From NCBI RefSeq assembly GCF_001194135.2, contig NC_068981.1, forward strand, positions 11,369,988-11,433,987: a stretch of 64,000 nt of DNA, read 5' to 3'. The translations under genes and the position numbers were made by a program. Under the pieces are notes generated by a model. It saw only the letters and a program-made list of their open reading frames with translations. It searched no databases and was not told where the DNA came from. Below are positions 60,345 to 64,000 of the stretch, piece after piece; the stretch's first letter is position 1; each line of letters opens with the position of its first letter. The DNA comes from Octopus bimaculoides. Lineage: Eukaryota.

Positions 60345-60824
60345 TGTATATGTATACATATAGATGTACACGTATACGTATATATACATAGATCTATACA
60401 TACATGTATATGTATATGTACACATATATACATATATACATGCATACAGATATCTATACATATATACACCCATCACACACACATACACATGCACACAAAC
60501 ACACGCATTAGTCATTTGTTTTCTTATCCAAAACTACGTCAAAAGTACTGAATGGATCTTTATGAAATTTGGAAATTATATTCTTTGCATAACGGCCATA
60601 ACTCCCATGAAAATTCATATATTTTTGATGTTGATGAAATTTTAACCCGAACATAACAGATGAGCATTATTTAGAAAATGATGTCACACGTTATCGAGGC
60701 TACCATTCTTTCTGGATGTGCAAAAGGGGATGACGTCTTTATTCCAAGAATTCCTCTTACTCCATCAGGAGCAGACATTCCTTTTACATTCAGAAGACTA
60801 CAATTCCCCCTTCGTGTGACTTTT
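59955..60824 (+). mobile_element. Helitron with a 5' TC terminus, internal microsatellites and a helicase C-terminal fragment; 3' end lost in the gap
   Basis: A|TCTATATATATAAAAATGAGAATGTCTGTCTGTCTG is a Helitron-like 5' end. 60678-60824 reads MSHVIEATILSGCAKGDDVFIPRIPLTPSGADIPFTFRRLQFPLRVTF. Confidence 0.8.
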
Positions 60825-61310
60825 NNNNNNNNNNNNNNNNNNNNNNNNNNNNNNNNNNNNNNNNNNNNNNNNNNNNNNNNNNNNNNNNNNNNNNNNNNNN
60901 NNNNNNNNNNNNNNNNNNNNNNNNNNNNNNNNNNNNNNNNNNNNNNNNNNNNNNNNNNNNNNNNNNNNNNNNNNNNNNNNNNNNNNNNNNNNNNNNNNNN
61001 NNNNNNNNNNNNNNNNNNNNNNNNNNNNNNNNNNNNNNNNNNNNNNNNNNNNNNNNNNNNNNNNNNNNNNNNNNNNNNNNNNNNNNNNNNNNNNNNNNNN
61101 NNNNNNNNNNNNNNNNNNNNNNNNNNNNNNNNNNNNNNNNNNNNNNNNNNNNNNNNNNNNNNNNNNNNNNNNNNNNNNNNNNNNNNNNNNNNNNNNNNNN
61201 NNNNNNNNNNNNNNNNNNNNNNNNNNNNNNNNNNNNNNNNNNNNNNNNNNNNNNNNNNNNNNNNNNNNNNNNNNNNNNNNNNNNNNNNNNNNNNNNNNNN
61301 NNNNNNNNNN

Positions 61311-61351
<41 letters not shown>

Positions 61352-62693
61352 AACTAAATGTATAATCGTTCTTTCCAGTTTTGTACCTTCGTTACTTATT
61401 GCGTTCCAATTGAAATAAATAGGCTAAAAGTTATATTAACGACTGAGGCTGTATTTATACCGAGTTGTAATACTAATTGTTACCTAAATGTGGGAAGATG
61501 AATCGCCGCTATCTCTAGCGGTTGAACGTTTATCTTTGACAAGACCAAAGGATGTCGAAATCATGTGATCTAGTAGTCTAGGCAAGAGGAAGGCGAGGAT
61601 TTATCTCCATGCTAGCAATGTAAATAAGAGTGCATTTTATACGAGAAATCAATATAAGATTTTCTCTCATGGTGTCTACTTGAATGTTTTTTGTAACAGA
61701 ACATCCTCGTTTAAGTGGGCATAAATATTGCCCCTCTGTATTGATATTTTCTCTATCGCTAATACATACTTTTTAACGACTTCACTGGCTAATCAGAGAC
61801 CAGGGCCTATTGGGGCACTATTTTTTCTATATATCACCCGCGTTTAAGCGTCCGGCATTGACAAGACCAAGAAAGGTGGAAGGCACACATTCATATTACT
61901 CGAACCTGATCCATGTAAACCCATAATTTTTACCCACTTGTGTTATTTCTCTTACGCTAAATTTTCGAAATTATATGAATTACAATAGAAAGTGAAAACA
62001 GACAAAAAGTCTTCTTAAATGAAATGTAATAAGATTGAAAACAAAATCTATAACCGTCACCTTGTGTGCAAATTTTATCAAATTTCTCTTTTAAGTTATT
62101 TTCTGGGAAATTAATCGTTAATTCCTGCAAGGCATCACTCTTTAATTTGGGAGTCGCTAACAGTTATCTCAGTGCGAATTTCTTTTTTACGTTTTTCATC
62201 TACTGAATTACACACAGACACACAAACACGCACACATACACACACAAACACACACACACACATCACTCCACGTTATAATATATAGTCATTTGCGTGTGTA
62301 TATGTGTATGTGTGCGTTTGGTTTGTGTGTGCTTTGCATGTATGCGCATTGTCTTCCACATTCTCAGGCGGTATAGCGTATGGCAGTCATAAACGTACAT
62401 ACACACACACAGACAGCCATATATATATAGCTGATGAAGGGGATGTTTCTATGTGGCCTGCTTGTTTGTTGCACCTTGTTTACCATTTTTATCCTTGTTC
62501 TTTTGCCACGTCATGTACCCATTTATGTATCTATATGTACATGTGGATGAACGTATATACATACATTTACATATATATGCATATACTNNNNNNNNNNNNN
62601 NNNNNNNNNNNNNNNNNNNNNNNNNNNNNNNNNNNNNNNNNNNNNNNNNNNNNNNNNNNNNNNNNNNNNNNNNNNNNNNNNNNNNNNNNNNNN

Positions 62694-62752
<59 letters not shown>

Positions 62753-63655
62753 ATATATATACATATACACACACAGACGTGGGCACAAACATATAGCATG
62801 TTTATGCTATATTCTTTGTTTATACCGTCGTTGTCAATATGTGTATACTAGCGCATATTTGTGACTATGTATGTGTATATATATATATACATATATGTAC
62901 ATAAATACATACAGACACACATATACATCTGCGTGTACCTCTGTGTGTGCGTCTGTGTGTGTGTGTGTGTGAGTGTGTGTCTCTGTGTGTACTTAATAAG
63001 TATGTGGATTGAAGCAATTTGAATTATAAACTTAAGAGGTTTGATATATCATTTCACAAGACTTCAAATGATTAAAACGAAAACATTAACACCAAAAAGT
63101 TACAATAACAACATCGATTACAACATAAGTAGCACCGTAAAAAAAATAGCTGAGTAGCCACTTTATAGGTAAAGTCAACCGTCTGTTCTGTAATAACAAG
63201 AAGTCTGCTACCTTATACTGTCTCTAGTATTTTACTATCAAAACCATTCTCTCTCTTTATTCAGTACGTCTTTATTCAGTAAAAAATAATTATTTTCTTA
63301 AATAATCAATATATACCCTAATGAAAGAGAAGCGTAAGCGGCAAAAGTCATATCAACGGTTTCCTCCCTTGTTTGGAATTGATATCAGCGGTATTGCTAT
63401 TTAAAAGTAAGCACAAGTGTATTTTTGTATTATATGGGATAGAATTCAAAAGTGGTTTGAAAGGAAAGTGGTTTCAGTATTTTCTTTCTTCTGTAAAACT
63501 TCCTTAGTTAAAATTTATTCTGTAAAGCATAATTCTATACTAATTTTCCGCAAAGCATAATTCTATACTAATTTTTTTCAGTAGAATGCGATTCTTCTTC
63601 ATTGGAGTAAATTTCATTTTATGGCAGCATACACTAATATTTCTACTGTAAATAA

Positions 63656-63848
63656 ACGAGCGAGCGGCCAGAAATGTTGGCGCACCGGATAGAGTGGTTT
63701 GCAGCGTTTCGTCCGCCCAGGAAGGCCGTCCTTGCCCTTCATCCCTGTTAGGAACAATAAAATATACACCTGTTGAACACTGCGGTCGATGTAATCGATT
63801 TACCCGCTCCACCAAAATTGCTGGCCTTGTGCCAAAATTTGAAATTAA
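63656..63848 (+). mobile_element. SINE family A (tail type 1), diverged
   Basis: GCGGTCGATGTAATCGATTTACC...AAATTGCTGGCCTTGTGCCAAAATTTGAAA. Confidence 0.75.
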
Positions 63849-63894
63849 TATTTCGAAGTCATATGTTTAAGCGAAAACGTTATTTTGTATATTT

Positions 63895-63932
<38 letters not shown>

Positions 63933-64000
63933 ACACACACACATACATACATACATACATACATACATACATGCATACATACATATATATATATATATAT

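Noticed and set aside
61503-61520. Hairpin CCGCTA-TCTC-TAGCGG as a Helitron 3' terminator
   Set aside because: It is not followed by CTRR at the expected ~10-12 nt spacing.
62430-62570. CTGATGA at about 62431 in a PLE-end-like repeat, a possible hammerhead
   Set aside because: No stem II followed by GAAA and an NUH triplet downstream.

Overview
Eukaryotic, AT-rich, microsatellite-dense scaffold with 17 N-gaps, most of them flanked by (TA)n or (CA)n. The repeat complement looks like an octopus/cephalopod short-read assembly; this is inferred from repeat style and was not database-checked. I found no intact host protein-coding gene, tRNA, rRNA or CRISPR array. The window is mostly transposon debris: 2 Helitron pieces (Pif1-type helicase), 1 near-full-length decayed mariner, 4 maT/DD37D-like Tc1-mariner remnants, 1 probable piggyBac remnant, about 7 R4/Dong-like restriction-like-endonuclease LINE pieces (three stacked head-to-tail in TAA arrays), an RTE LINE, two CR1/L2-like LINE pieces, Penelope-like (PLE) RT remnants with terminal repeats, and more than 15 tRNA-derived SINE copies from at least 3 families. 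The best leads are: (1) three minimal hammerhead-ribozyme-like motifs in PLE-type terminal repeats, two of which share a non-canonical CUGUYGAA core; (2) a TAA-microsatellite landing pad for R4-like LINEs; (3) a ~290-bp foldback element; (4) an isolated palindrome-rich CpG island; (5) a double-hairpin 53-bp direct repeat. All protein-family assignments come from motif recognition in hand translations of degraded sequence.
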